Shown here piece after piece: positions 16,357-26,033 of a stretch of 41,088 bases of DNA. Origin of the DNA: Mahellales bacterium. Lineage in GTDB: Bacteria > Bacillota > Clostridia > DUOD01. The stretch is taken from contig JBMNSO010000001.1 of assembly GCA_050945235.1 (NCBI GenBank), positions 1 to 41,088 on the forward strand. Direction: 5' to 3'. Under the pieces are notes generated by a model. It did no database searches and had not been told where the DNA came from. It worked only from the letters and a program-made list of their open reading frames with translations. Positions within the stretch are counted from its first letter, which is position 1. Every line of letters starts with the position of its first letter. The position numbers were made by a program, and so were the translations under genes.

Positions 16357-16725
16357 GTGAAGGAACCGGTAATTGTGCTTAAGGAAATGGAAATCCCCCC
16401 TTGGCTTGAGGATTATGTCCTACCCATAGTACAAAGGGCGAATATTTTTTCTATCAAAGGGCAGGATGGTGGGAAATACATAGTGATTGTAATGGGACAA
16501 CAGCCAACCGGTGGATATGGTATAGAATTGATCCGGGTTGTGGAGGATGGTATGTATTATACCGCAGATTTGGAGTTTTACACCCCTGATGAGGATGAAG
16601 GGGTTACCCAGCAGCTTACCTATCCATGGCTGATATTAAAAAAACAGACGGAAAAGCCGGTAAGGGTAAGGGTTTTTCATGATAGGGACCATTTACAGCC
16701 ATACCTTAATCAAATAATAAAATAA
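16357..16725 (+). CDS. PrcB-C-domain-like protein
   Basis: QPTGGYGIELIRV resembles the PrcB C-terminal domain signature. No signal peptide is visible. The GTG start follows GGGAGG but is uncertain. Confidence 0.45.
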   Translation: MKEPVIVLKEMEIPPWLEDYVLPIVQRANIFSIKGQDGGKYIVIVMGQQPTGGYGIELIRVVEDGMYYTADLEFYTPDEDEGVTQQLTYPWLILKKQTEKPVRVRVFHDRDHLQPYLNQIIK

Positions 16726-16884
16726 AAGGCATAGGTTAAATAAAATATACGATAACACTATTGTGCTATTATTTTTTTTAAGCCTTTGATATAATAAATT
16801 GGGAATATGTACTAGAGGAATTTATTTCTGTTTATAAGACAGAAGAAAAGGGACGAACATAAGAATTGATAGGAGGGTTTATTA

Positions 16885-17235
16885 ATGATTAGAAAGGTAT
16901 CGGACATGGTAAAGGAAGTTAGAGAAAGAATGAGGGGCGGTAGTGGACATGTGGAGATACAAAAACTCTTATCAGAGGACGAGATTAAAGCCAAGACAAG
17001 ATTGTGCGCAAAATTAACGCTGCAGCCCGGCTGTTCCATCGGTTACCATGAACATGTGGGAGAAGACGAGATATTTTATATCATAAAGGGTGAAGGCCGG
17101 GTAAACGATAACGGCACCATGAAACAGGTAGCCGCAGGGGATGTAATATTGACGGGCAATGGTGCCGGCCATGCCATCGAAAACACCGGCGATACATCTT
17201 TGGAGATAATGGCGATAATACTCCTTTACAGTTAA
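16885..17235 (+). CDS. Cupin-domain protein
   Basis: Cupin motifs GYHEHVGEDEIFYIIKGEG and GAGHAIEN. Length 116 aa. SD AGGAGGG precedes the start. Confidence 0.8.
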   Translation: MIRKVSDMVKEVRERMRGGSGHVEIQKLLSEDEIKAKTRLCAKLTLQPGCSIGYHEHVGEDEIFYIIKGEGRVNDNGTMKQVAAGDVILTGNGAGHAIENTGDTSLEIMAIILLYS

Positions 17236-17262
17236 GGGCTGATACTGTCAGTCCTTTTTTAT
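17236..17262 (+). terminator. Terminator after the cupin gene
   Basis: GGGCTGA / TCAGTCC stem (one G-U pair), loop TACTG, then TTTTTTATT. Confidence 0.65.
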
Positions 17263-17272
17263 TGCATTATTG

Positions 17273-17281
17273 TGGTATAAT
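17273..17281 (+). promoter_or_regulatory. Extended -10 element upstream of the FHA-SEDS-PBP operon
   Basis: TGgTATAAT, 18 nt before the SD GAGGTGA. No good -35 element is present. Confidence 0.45.
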
Positions 17282-17311
17282 GGTTATGATAAACTATAGA
17301 GGTGATGAGAG

Positions 17312-17812
17312 ATGCCCGGATATTATGCTACCCTTGCCTCGGTGGCCAGTTATTTTTTTGTATTGATAGCCGTTGTACTGGTTGTAAGAACGATAAAAAA
17401 AGTCAGGCTGGGGTTTAAGGCCGTTGAAGATAACCAACACCCGGAGCAGGAAGGGGAATGGGAAGTCGCGGAGGATGATTATGACGACGAATACCTTGAA
17501 GAGTACGAAGGTGATTATTTGAAAGTCATAGACAATAACGGTATTCAAAGCGTCAATATCGGTGATGTTTTTTATTTGGATACAGAGAATATAATTGGCC
17601 GGCGAAGGGACTGCGATATTGTCATTGCCGATCCGGCAGTATCATCACAACATGCAGGTATATATCTAGAAGGCAGGCATTATTATCTGGTAGATCTGGA
17701 CAGTAAAAACGGTACCTATGTGAACAACCGGTTTATAAAAAAGGATTACAAATTAAAGGACGGAGATATAATCAATATAGGCAACATATTGATTAAGGTG
17801 GTTTTGGACTAG
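17312..17812 (+). CDS. Membrane-anchored FHA-domain protein
   Basis: One N-terminal TM span (ASYFFVLIAVVLVV), an acidic Tyr-rich linker (EDDYDDEYLEEYEGDY), then an FHA core IIGRRRDCDIVIADPAVSSQHAGIY...LVDLDSKNGTYVNN...LKDGDIINIG. Confidence 0.85.
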   Translation: MPGYYATLASVASYFFVLIAVVLVVRTIKKVRLGFKAVEDNQHPEQEGEWEVAEDDYDDEYLEEYEGDYLKVIDNNGIQSVNIGDVFYLDTENIIGRRRDCDIVIADPAVSSQHAGIYLEGRHYYLVDLDSKNGTYVNNRFIKKDYKLKDGDIINIGNILIKVVLD

Positions 17813-17834
17813 CCGGCAGATGGAGGGATGACTT

Positions 17835-19085
17835 GTGGCGGTACATAGGATAAAGTACTGGGATATTATGTCTCTGGTATTGTTATTTAATATAGGGGCT
17901 TTTTCCTTACTGACCCTATCCAGGCAGCCCCTGGATACTAATGCAGCTCTATTGGGTGGAATAATTACCTTGATTTTTTTATTTCAATACATGCTCTTTA
18001 CTATATTTTTCAAAAGAACAGACAAGCTTATACTGGTGCTCATCTCATTTTTGTCAAGTATAGGTTTTATCGCCATATATATATTAGATACTTCTCTATT
18101 GGTAAAACAGATTGAATGGTATTTAATAGGCTTTGTGATATCAATTGCCGCAATTATTTTTTTAAAGTATGCCTTAAAGTACATATATAAATTTAAATAT
18201 TTGTATATGGCAGCTACTATAGGTTTATTGCTGTTTACACTGATTTTCGGCCAGGAGATAGGAGGCGCCAGGAACTGGATAACCATCGGCGGGCATAGCT
18301 TCCAACCCTCGGAGTTTGGCAAGATAATGCTAATTTTTGCCCTGGCCAGCCTGTTTTCCGAGGGGAAGGATCTTAAACATATAATAATAGGCGGGGCCTT
18401 CACCGGTATCTGCCTGATATTTCTGGTGCTGCAAAGGGATTTAGGAGCCGCAATGCTTTATTTTCTTATATATGTAATCCTAATGTTCATATCTACGTCT
18501 AACCTGTACATGACACTGGCCGCCTTGGGTGCCGGTGGATTGGGCGCATTTGCCAGTTACCATTTGTTCGGGCATGTTAAGGTAAGAATATTGGCATGGC
18601 GAAATCCCTGGGCCGATATAACCGGCGGCGGGTACCAAATAGCCCAATCCCTTTTTGCCATTGCCGGCGGTAGTTGGGTGGGTGTTGGTTTGAGGAATGG
18701 AAGGCCCAAGGATATTCCGGTACCCACATCGGATTTTATTTTTTCTGTTATCAGTGAGCAATTCGGATTAATAATAGCCGTTATTATAATAATTATCTTC
18801 TTTATAATAATATTAAGGGGAATTTCCATTGCTTTAAGGGCGACAGAAGAGTTTTATTCACTGGTGGTGATAGGTACCGTATCGATGATTGCCCTTCAGG
18901 CCTTTATCAATATTGGTGGAGTGACCAAGTTTATACCCCTGACCGGCATTACCCTGCCCTTTATCAGCTATGGCGGCAGTTCCATGGTGGTGAAATTTAT
19001 GATGTTTGGCATACTTCAAGCAATATACATGGTTAATGAAAAGCGTGACAGTGAATTACGGCAGTATCGTCTGGAGGGAAGGTAG
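17835..19085 (+). CDS. SEDS-family peptidoglycan polymerase (FtsW/RodA/SpoVE)
   Basis: About 10 TM spans. Motifs GARNWI, FQPSEFGKI, RDLGAAMLY, GGGYQIAQSLFAIAGG, PVPTSDFIFSVI and LPFISYGGSS. The GTG start lies 7 nt after GGAGGG. Confidence 0.9.
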   Translation: MAVHRIKYWDIMSLVLLFNIGAFSLLTLSRQPLDTNAALLGGIITLIFLFQYMLFTIFFKRTDKLILVLISFLSSIGFIAIYILDTSLLVKQIEWYLIGFVISIAAIIFLKYALKYIYKFKYLYMAATIGLLLFTLIFGQEIGGARNWITIGGHSFQPSEFGKIMLIFALASLFSEGKDLKHIIIGGAFTGICLIFLVLQRDLGAAMLYFLIYVILMFISTSNLYMTLAALGAGGLGAFASYHLFGHVKVRILAWRNPWADITGGGYQIAQSLFAIAGGSWVGVGLRNGRPKDIPVPTSDFIFSVISEQFGLIIAVIIIIIFFIIILRGISIALRATEEFYSLVVIGTVSMIALQAFINIGGVTKFIPLTGITLPFISYGGSSMVVKFMMFGILQAIYMVNEKRDSELRQYRLEGR

Positions 19086-19087
19086 GG

Positions 19088-20488
19088 ATGCCCATGAAGA
19101 GAAACATAAAGCTGCTGCTAGGGGTTTTTGCCATTGCTTTTTTCCTGTTGGCGGCTTACCTTGTATATATCGTTGTTTTTGAAGGAGATAGGAACTATAA
19201 TAACGTTTACAATAGACGTATTACCACCCAGGAAAAGAGGGGCGAGATAAGGTCCCGGGATGGCCAGGTGCTGGCCAGGAGCGTTAGACAGGGTGATGCA
19301 TGGGTTAGGGAGTATCCCATGGGCAATATCTTCAGCCATGTGGTGGGATTTGTGGACAGGGACATGCGAACATCAGGCATAGAGCTTAGCCATACCCGGG
19401 AGCTGGAGGGTCTTAACAATAATATATTCAGAAAAATTGCCCATAAGATATTTTTGGGTGAAATACAAGGTAACAATTTGGAACTGACCTTGGACAGCAG
19501 ATTGCAGAAAATCGCCAGCGATTCCATACCTTCCGGTGTTAAGGGTGCAATAGTGCTGATGAACCCCAAAAACGGTGAGATCTTAGCCATGGTTAGCAAG
19601 CCTGATTTTGATCCCAATGATATGGCAGCAGTAAAGGAGCAAAATGAAGACGGTAAATCATCTGTTCTTGTTAACAGGGCTGTTCAGGGTAAATACCCGC
19701 CGGGGTCGACATTCAAAATAGTAACATCGGTTTGCGCCTTGGACAATATGGAGGATATCCTGGACAGGGAGTATGGTTGTGAGGGCAGCATTACCATCGA
19801 AGGCAGTCGGTTGAGCTGTTCCGGTGGCACTGCCCATGGTACTGTCGACTTGTTCGGGGCCCTGGGGGTTTCCTGTAATACCACCTTCGCGAAAATAGGT
19901 AGTGAGCTAGGAAGGGACAGCCTGCTAAAAACCGCGGAGGATTTCATGCTTAATGAAACCTTTTATTTTAAGGATATAATAACAAATACCATAAGTAGTT
20001 TTCCGGATGGGGGCAGCGATAGCGAGCTGGCCCAAAACGCAATAGGGCAGGGCCAGGTGGTGGTTACGCCCCTACATATGGCACTTATCGTCAACACAAT
20101 TGCCAATGACGGTGTGATGATGGAACCCAGGCTGGTTAGGTCCATACAAACCTACAACAATATGGAGCTTAAGAAAAACCTGCCCAAGAACGTTGCTACA
20201 GTTACCAGCCCGGAAACTGCACAGATTGTAAAGGATATGATGGTGGAGGTGGTAAATACTGGTACCGGAAGGGTGGTTGCCTTGGATAATACACAGGTGG
20301 CGGGTAAAACCGGTACCGCCGAAGTGGGTGGTAATGCCGATCCCCACGGATGGTTCGTTGCCTTTGCCCCGGCTGACGACCCCACATTGTCGGTGGTTGT
20401 GGTATTGGAGAATGTCGGTAGTGGTGCCCGTAATTCCGGGCCAATAGCGAAGAAGCTGTTGCAGGAAGCAATAAGGCTTGGATACTAA
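19088..20488 (+). CDS. Class B penicillin-binding protein (PBP2/PbpA-type transpeptidase)
   Basis: N-terminal TM anchor. SxxK in GSTFKIV, SxN in SCNTTF, KTG in GKTGTAE. It starts 2 nt after the SEDS gene stop. Confidence 0.9.
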   Translation: MPMKRNIKLLLGVFAIAFFLLAAYLVYIVVFEGDRNYNNVYNRRITTQEKRGEIRSRDGQVLARSVRQGDAWVREYPMGNIFSHVVGFVDRDMRTSGIELSHTRELEGLNNNIFRKIAHKIFLGEIQGNNLELTLDSRLQKIASDSIPSGVKGAIVLMNPKNGEILAMVSKPDFDPNDMAAVKEQNEDGKSSVLVNRAVQGKYPPGSTFKIVTSVCALDNMEDILDREYGCEGSITIEGSRLSCSGGTAHGTVDLFGALGVSCNTTFAKIGSELGRDSLLKTAEDFMLNETFYFKDIITNTISSFPDGGSDSELAQNAIGQGQVVVTPLHMALIVNTIANDGVMMEPRLVRSIQTYNNMELKKNLPKNVATVTSPETAQIVKDMMVEVVNTGTGRVVALDNTQVAGKTGTAEVGGNADPHGWFVAFAPADDPTLSVVVVLENVGSGARNSGPIAKKLLQEAIRLGY

Positions 20489-20525
20489 TAAGAAGCCTTG
20501 GGGACGGGTACCCGGGCCCTATCCT

Positions 20526-20554
20526 TTGCCTATAGCCCTGCTTTTTGTTACAAT
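20526..20554 (+). promoter_or_regulatory. Candidate uvrC promoter
   Basis: TTGCCT, a 17-nt spacer, then TGtTACAAT. A second TATAAT lies at 20561-20566. I saw no Cheo/LexA box. Confidence 0.5.
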
Positions 20555-20588
20555 ATACAGTATAATATAACAATTTGCAGGTGAAGAC

Positions 20589-22460
20589 ATGAATACGATA
20601 TTGGAAGATAAGTTAAATATATTGCCCGATCAGCCGGGTGTATATATTATGAAGGATAAATTCGGGAATATAATATATATTGGCAAGGCGGTATCCCTCA
20701 AAAACAGGGTAAGACAGTACTTCAACGGTTCAAAGAATCATAGCCCCAAGGTAAAGGCGATGGTATGTAATATCATCGATTTTGAGTATATAATAACCGA
20801 CTCCGAACTGGAGGCTTTGATACTGGAATGCAACTTAATAAAAAAACACATGCCCAAATATAATGTATTGTTAAAGGATGATAAAAATTATCCATATATA
20901 AAGATTACCGTCAATGAAACCTACCCAAGGCTACTGCTTGCCCGGAAGGTGGAAGACGACGGTGCCAAGTATTTCGGACCCTATACCAGTATGGGCGCGG
21001 TCAAGGAAACAATGGAAACGGTACGGAAGGCCTTTCCCATAAAGACCTGTAACAGGAAGATTGATATAAAGGTTGCAAATAATGCACGGCCTTGTTTGAA
21101 TTATGATATTAAACAGTGCCTGGCACCCTGCAGGGGAGATGTGGATAGGGAGGCCTATAACCGGATTATAAAGGAAATATGTCTAGTGTTAGGTGGGAAG
21201 CATGAGAAACTTCAAAAACAATTGGAGGCCGAAATGGAAGAGGCGGCAGCCCAGCTAAATTTTGAAAGGGCTGCCCTTCTAAGGGACAGAATAAGTGCCT
21301 TAAAAGTGATCTCCGAGAAGCAAAAGATCATAAATTCTACATTGGATGACCGTGATGTAATAGCCTTGGCACAGGGACAGCATGACTCGGTGGTGCAGAT
21401 GTTCTTTATCCGGGGAGGTAAGCTGCTAGGTACCCAGCACATGGTGTTGGATGATACGGATTCAATAGATTACCAGGAGATTATTACTTCATTTATCAAA
21501 CAGTTTTATATGGATACCCTGTTTATACCCCGGGAGATAATATTGCAGCGGGATATAGACGAGATACAAATAATTGAAAGATGGTTGTCGTGGAAAAAGG
21601 GTAACAGAGTATATATAAGGGTACCCAAACGGGGCGATAAAAAGGAAATACTGGAAATGGCAGTGAAAAATGCCATGAATTTGTTAAACAGTATCTCTTT
21701 GCGGAAAGAAGAAGAAAAGTCAAGGACCATTGGTGCTGTACGCCAGCTCCAGCAGTATCTTAACCTGGATTCCCCGCCCTTAAGGATTGAAGCCTTTGAT
21801 ATATCCAATATCCAAGGCACCAATGCCGTGGGTTCCATGGTGGTATTCGTTAATGGTAAGCCGGCGAAGAAATATTATAGACGGTTTAAAATAAAGAGTG
21901 TGGATGGGCCCAACGATTTTGCTTCCATGGGGGAAGTGGTTCTCAGACGTTTTCGCAGGGGACTTGATGAAAGGGAAAGACTTGAAAAGGAAGGGAAGGA
22001 TGCCTGTGACGGCAAGTTTTCCCAGTTTCCTGATCTTATAGTGATTGATGGGGGCAAGGGTCAATTAACTTCGGCATTGCAATCCCTGGAAATGCTTGGG
22101 CTTGAATATATTCCTATCATAGGTTTGGCCGAGGAATTTGAAGAGATCTATACCATTGACAGCAAGGAACCAATTATACTGCCCGAGGATGATAATGCCC
22201 TTCATTTATTGCAAAGGATCAGGGACGAAGCCCACAGGTTTGCCATAACCTATCATAGAAGCCTGAGGGGTAAGGACATTAGCAGATCGGTTTTAGACGA
22301 AATAACGGGGGTTGGTGCAAAAAGGAAGAAGGCACTGCTCAAGGCCTTTAATTCAATAGACGAGATCAGGAAGGCTACCTTCCAACAGTTGGAGAAGGTA
22401 GACGGTATAGACAAAAAAACTGCACTGAATATATACAATTATTTTAATAAAAGACAATAA
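20589..22460 (+). CDS. uvrC: Excinuclease ABC subunit C
   Basis: GIY-YIG domain (GVYIMKDKFGNIIYIGKA ... YNVLLKDDK), UVR motif (FERAALLRDRISAL) and C-terminal HhH (ITGVGAKRKKALL). Length 623 aa. Confidence 0.95.
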   Translation: MNTILEDKLNILPDQPGVYIMKDKFGNIIYIGKAVSLKNRVRQYFNGSKNHSPKVKAMVCNIIDFEYIITDSELEALILECNLIKKHMPKYNVLLKDDKNYPYIKITVNETYPRLLLARKVEDDGAKYFGPYTSMGAVKETMETVRKAFPIKTCNRKIDIKVANNARPCLNYDIKQCLAPCRGDVDREAYNRIIKEICLVLGGKHEKLQKQLEAEMEEAAAQLNFERAALLRDRISALKVISEKQKIINSTLDDRDVIALAQGQHDSVVQMFFIRGGKLLGTQHMVLDDTDSIDYQEIITSFIKQFYMDTLFIPREIILQRDIDEIQIIERWLSWKKGNRVYIRVPKRGDKKEILEMAVKNAMNLLNSISLRKEEEKSRTIGAVRQLQQYLNLDSPPLRIEAFDISNIQGTNAVGSMVVFVNGKPAKKYYRRFKIKSVDGPNDFASMGEVVLRRFRRGLDERERLEKEGKDACDGKFSQFPDLIVIDGGKGQLTSALQSLEMLGLEYIPIIGLAEEFEEIYTIDSKEPIILPEDDNALHLLQRIRDEAHRFAITYHRSLRGKDISRSVLDEITGVGAKRKKALLKAFNSIDEIRKATFQQLEKVDGIDKKTALNIYNYFNKRQ

Positions 22461-22532
22461 ACCTATTAATTTATTATGGGGCACAATATATAATATTATT
22501 GACGCAGATATAAATAGGGAAGGGAGAAGTTA

Positions 22533-23336
22533 TTGTTGGACTACAAAATGGTGGTAGTGGATTTGGACGATTCGTTGCTGAATTCTGTATCAGAAATAAG
22601 TGAAGGCAATCAACGGGCTATAAAGGAGGCGAAGGATAAAGGGGTCATGGTTACCATCGCAACGGGTAGGATGTTTTACTCGGCTCAGCCCTTTGCCCGA
22701 CAGTTGGGGGTAGATATTCCGATTATTAGCTGTCAGGGTGCTACTATTATTAACCCCATCACCCAAAAGGTGTTATATAATAGGCCTGTCAGTATGGAAC
22801 TTACAAGATCGATAATAGAATTTGCATTGGATAGAGGTCTTTATATACAAGTCTGTTACGATGATAATTATTATTATTCCGAGAAATGCCAATGGTATGA
22901 GGAGTATTATGAGCTAACAAAAATGGAGGGGGTATATTGCGATGATTTAATATCTTTCATCAAGCACCCCCCGGCCAAACTATTGATAATTGACCAGCAG
23001 CACAATATCAGTAAACTCTGGGAAGAGGCGTTATCTATATATGGCGATAAGCTGGCCGTTACCATATCCTGTCCTGAGTACTTGGAATTTAATCATCCGG
23101 AGGCTACTAAAGGTAACGGGGTAAAAGTACTGACAAATATGTTGAATATTCCTATAGAACAAGTGCTTGCCATAGGTGACAGTTTTAACGATATTTCCAT
23201 GTTAGACGTGGCAGGGCTGGGGGTTGCCGTGGCCAATGCACCGGACGAAGTAAAAGCCCATGCAGATTTTATTACCCTGCCCAATAACCAGGACGGTGTG
23301 GCCCATGTTGTTGAAAAATTTATATTATCTGTATAG
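22533..23336 (+). CDS. Cof-type HAD-IIB sugar phosphatase
   Basis: VVDLDDSLL (DxD), TIATGR, and GDSFNDISML at the C-terminus. TTG start 6 nt after AGGGAG; the ATG at 22548 is an alternative. Confidence 0.8.
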   Translation: MLDYKMVVVDLDDSLLNSVSEISEGNQRAIKEAKDKGVMVTIATGRMFYSAQPFARQLGVDIPIISCQGATIINPITQKVLYNRPVSMELTRSIIEFALDRGLYIQVCYDDNYYYSEKCQWYEEYYELTKMEGVYCDDLISFIKHPPAKLLIIDQQHNISKLWEEALSIYGDKLAVTISCPEYLEFNHPEATKGNGVKVLTNMLNIPIEQVLAIGDSFNDISMLDVAGLGVAVANAPDEVKAHADFITLPNNQDGVAHVVEKFILSV

Positions 23337-23344
23337 GAGGAATT

Positions 23345-24271
23345 ATGGCTTCTATATTATTAAAAGAGTTTGTTGAACAAATGAATCTTAAGGTTGTCTG
23401 TAGCGGCCATCATGAATTTTTCGAAATAAATACCAGCGATATAAACAGGCCTGGGCTGCAGATGGCTGGGTTTTTTGATTATTTTGCCTATGACAGGCTC
23501 CAGGTAATGGGCAAGGTAGAGATGACCTTTCTGGAGGACCTGGATCCGGTTATCAGGAGCGATAGACTGGAAAAGTTCTTTGAATACGATACGCCGTGTA
23601 CCGTTGTCTGTAGAGATTTACCCATACCCCAGGAGATGGTTGGTATTGCTCAAAAATATGATAGGATAATACTCCATTCAAAGGATACCACTACAAATTT
23701 TGTACACAAGGCGATAGGTTTTCTCGATGGAAAACTGGCCCCGGTGACCACTCAGCACGGGGTTTTGGTGGATGTATATGGAGTGGGAATGTATTTAATA
23801 GGGGAGAGCGGTATAGGTAAGAGTGAAACTGCGTTGGAACTTGTCAAAAGGGGTCATCGCCTGGTGGCGGATGATGCTGTGGAGATCAAAAGGGTAACCC
23901 AAAACAGGTTGGTAGGCCAGGCACCGGCGTTAATAATGCACCTAATGGAAATAAGAGGGGTGGGTATTATAGATGTTAAGGCCATGTACGGTGCCGGTGC
24001 GGTAATTAACAGCAAGTCCATAGACTTGGTTATATGCCTTGAGTTTTGGGATAATAATAAGGAATATGACAGGTTAGGACTGGTGGAAGAATATATTTCT
24101 ATCATGGATGTAAAGATTCCGAGATTGACAATACCGGTACGACCGGGCAGGAACATGGCAATAGTGCTGGAAGTGGCTGCAAGGAATTTCAGGCTGAAGA
24201 ATATGGGTTACCATGCCGCCAAGGAACTGAATAGAAGACTTCAGGAAACCATTGAAGGTAGTAAAGAATAG
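23345..24271 (+). CDS. hprK: HPr kinase/phosphorylase
   Basis: Walker A GESGIGKSETALEL, plus LVADDAVEI and MEIRGVGIIDV. Length 308 aa. SD AGGAGG precedes the start. Confidence 0.95.
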   Translation: MASILLKEFVEQMNLKVVCSGHHEFFEINTSDINRPGLQMAGFFDYFAYDRLQVMGKVEMTFLEDLDPVIRSDRLEKFFEYDTPCTVVCRDLPIPQEMVGIAQKYDRIILHSKDTTTNFVHKAIGFLDGKLAPVTTQHGVLVDVYGVGMYLIGESGIGKSETALELVKRGHRLVADDAVEIKRVTQNRLVGQAPALIMHLMEIRGVGIIDVKAMYGAGAVINSKSIDLVICLEFWDNNKEYDRLGLVEEYISIMDVKIPRLTIPVRPGRNMAIVLEVAARNFRLKNMGYHAAKELNRRLQETIEGSKE

Positions 24272-24302
24272 CAACTTACATATCTAAGGAGTGGAAAATA
24301 TA

Positions 24303-25025
24303 TTGAATATAGTATTAGATATTCATAGTCATACAGTAGCATGTCAGCATGGTTACAGCACAGTCCAGGAAATAGCCCGGCAAGCCAGCGATATCGGCCT
24401 TGAGATGTTCGCTGTGACCGAGCACGGACCAAGGTTATTGGCGGCGAATAATGAATATTTTTTTAGAAATATACGGGTTATTCCCAGAAAAATTTATGGA
24501 GTGAAAATACTGCGGGGTGTGGAAGCAAATATCTTGGACGACGAGGGCAATATAGATCTGACTGAAAGAGCTTTGAAGAGACTGGATATAGTAATCGCCA
24601 GCCTACACGAATCGGTATTTTCTCCACGGGATATTCATACTAACACCAAGGCTTTAATAAATGCCATTAAAAATCCATATGTTGATATTATCGGCCATCC
24701 CGGCAACCCACGGTTCCCAATTGATATTGAAAGAGTTATCCAAGCGGCGCTGGATAATAACAAGTTGTTGGAGATAAACAACCATTCCTTTAGGGCAAGG
24801 AAGGGAAGTTTCAAAAATTGCATCAAACTGGCAAAGGGGATTAAGGATGCCGGGGGCATGGTTGCCCTTGGCAGCGATGCCCATATATCATTTCATATCG
24901 GTATTTTTGACAAGGCGATGGAACTGATCGAAGAGGCGGGTTTGGGTGAGGAAAATGTAATCAATACATCCGTAGAGAAATTACTGGATTATTTAAAGAC
25001 CAGGGGAAAGGAAATAGAGTTTTAA
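24303..25025 (+). CDS. ycdX: PHP-domain phosphoesterase, YcdX-like
   Basis: LDIHSHT, AVTEHGP, ILRGVEANI, IASLHE, GHPGNP, LEINN and ALGSDAH are colinear with E. coli YcdX from memory. The start is uncertain: the GTG at 24291 overlaps the AAGGAG SD, so I chose the TTG at 24303. Confidence 0.8.
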   Translation: MNIVLDIHSHTVACQHGYSTVQEIARQASDIGLEMFAVTEHGPRLLAANNEYFFRNIRVIPRKIYGVKILRGVEANILDDEGNIDLTERALKRLDIVIASLHESVFSPRDIHTNTKALINAIKNPYVDIIGHPGNPRFPIDIERVIQAALDNNKLLEINNHSFRARKGSFKNCIKLAKGIKDAGGMVALGSDAHISFHIGIFDKAMELIEEAGLGEENVINTSVEKLLDYLKTRGKEIEF

Positions 25026-25049
25026 AAATGCAGTGGGAGGCGGGAAAGT

Positions 25050-25994
25050 ATGTATATCGGTATCGATTTGGGGGGTACCAATATTGCCGCAGGACTTGTA
25101 AATGAAAAGGGCGATATTTTAATAAAGGATAGCACACCTACTCTAAGGTCAAGGTCCTTCCAGGAAATAATAAGGGATATGGGTGTTTTGGTATCTAACA
25201 TTATTAAATCCAGTGGGTGTCCCATGGAACGGATTATGGGTGTAGGCATAGGTTCTCCTGGGGTATGCGACAACCAAAAGGGTACCATAGTCTTTGCTAA
25301 TAATTTGGGATGGGTAAATGTACCTATTTCTTCTGAATTAAAAAAGTATATTGATAAACCGGTCTACATGGATAATGATGCAAATGTTGCAGGCCTTGCG
25401 GAATACATGTTCGGGGCAGGACGGGGATACAATTCCTCCATCACCCTAACCATAGGCACGGGTCTAGGTGGCGGAATAGTAATGGATGGAAAGATATATC
25501 CCGGCAGCCATGGGGTTGGTGCGGAATTGGGTCACTTTATTTTTGACGTCAATGGTCTCCAGTGTACCTGTGGCAATAAAGGTTGTTGGGAACAATACGT
25601 CTCTGCAACAGCTTTGGCTACCATGGCCCAAAAGGCTGTTAGCGAAAACGACAGTTCGTTAATGCTAGAGCTTGCAGGTGGACAAATGGAACGGATCGAT
25701 GCCAAAGTGGTTGAAGAAGCGGCAAAAAAAGGGGACTATGTAGCCATTGAGGTTTTTGACAGATTTATATATTATTTAGCCATGGGTATAATAAGTATTA
25801 TCAATACCTTTGACCCGGAAGTAATAATAATCGGCGGTGGTGTATCCAAGGCCGGGGAATTCCTATTGGAGCCCCTCAAGAGAAAGGTAGAAGAACATAT
25901 ATTTTATAACGAACTAGGATGGGCTGATATCAGGCTTGCACAGCTGGGTAACGATGCAGGTATTATAGGCGCAGCCATGCTCGCCAAACAATGA
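25050..25994 (+). CDS. glcK: ROK-family glucokinase
   Basis: IGIDLGGTNI, DNDANVAGLAE, GTGLGGG, and the zinc motif GHF...CTCGNKGCWEQY. Sugar specificity is not certain. Confidence 0.75.
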   Translation: MYIGIDLGGTNIAAGLVNEKGDILIKDSTPTLRSRSFQEIIRDMGVLVSNIIKSSGCPMERIMGVGIGSPGVCDNQKGTIVFANNLGWVNVPISSELKKYIDKPVYMDNDANVAGLAEYMFGAGRGYNSSITLTIGTGLGGGIVMDGKIYPGSHGVGAELGHFIFDVNGLQCTCGNKGCWEQYVSATALATMAQKAVSENDSSLMLELAGGQMERIDAKVVEEAAKKGDYVAIEVFDRFIYYLAMGIISIINTFDPEVIIIGGGVSKAGEFLLEPLKRKVEEHIFYNELGWADIRLAQLGNDAGIIGAAMLAKQ

Positions 25995-26033
25995 TATATA
26001 ATAAGTCGGTGCATATTATTTGGGGGTGTATAC

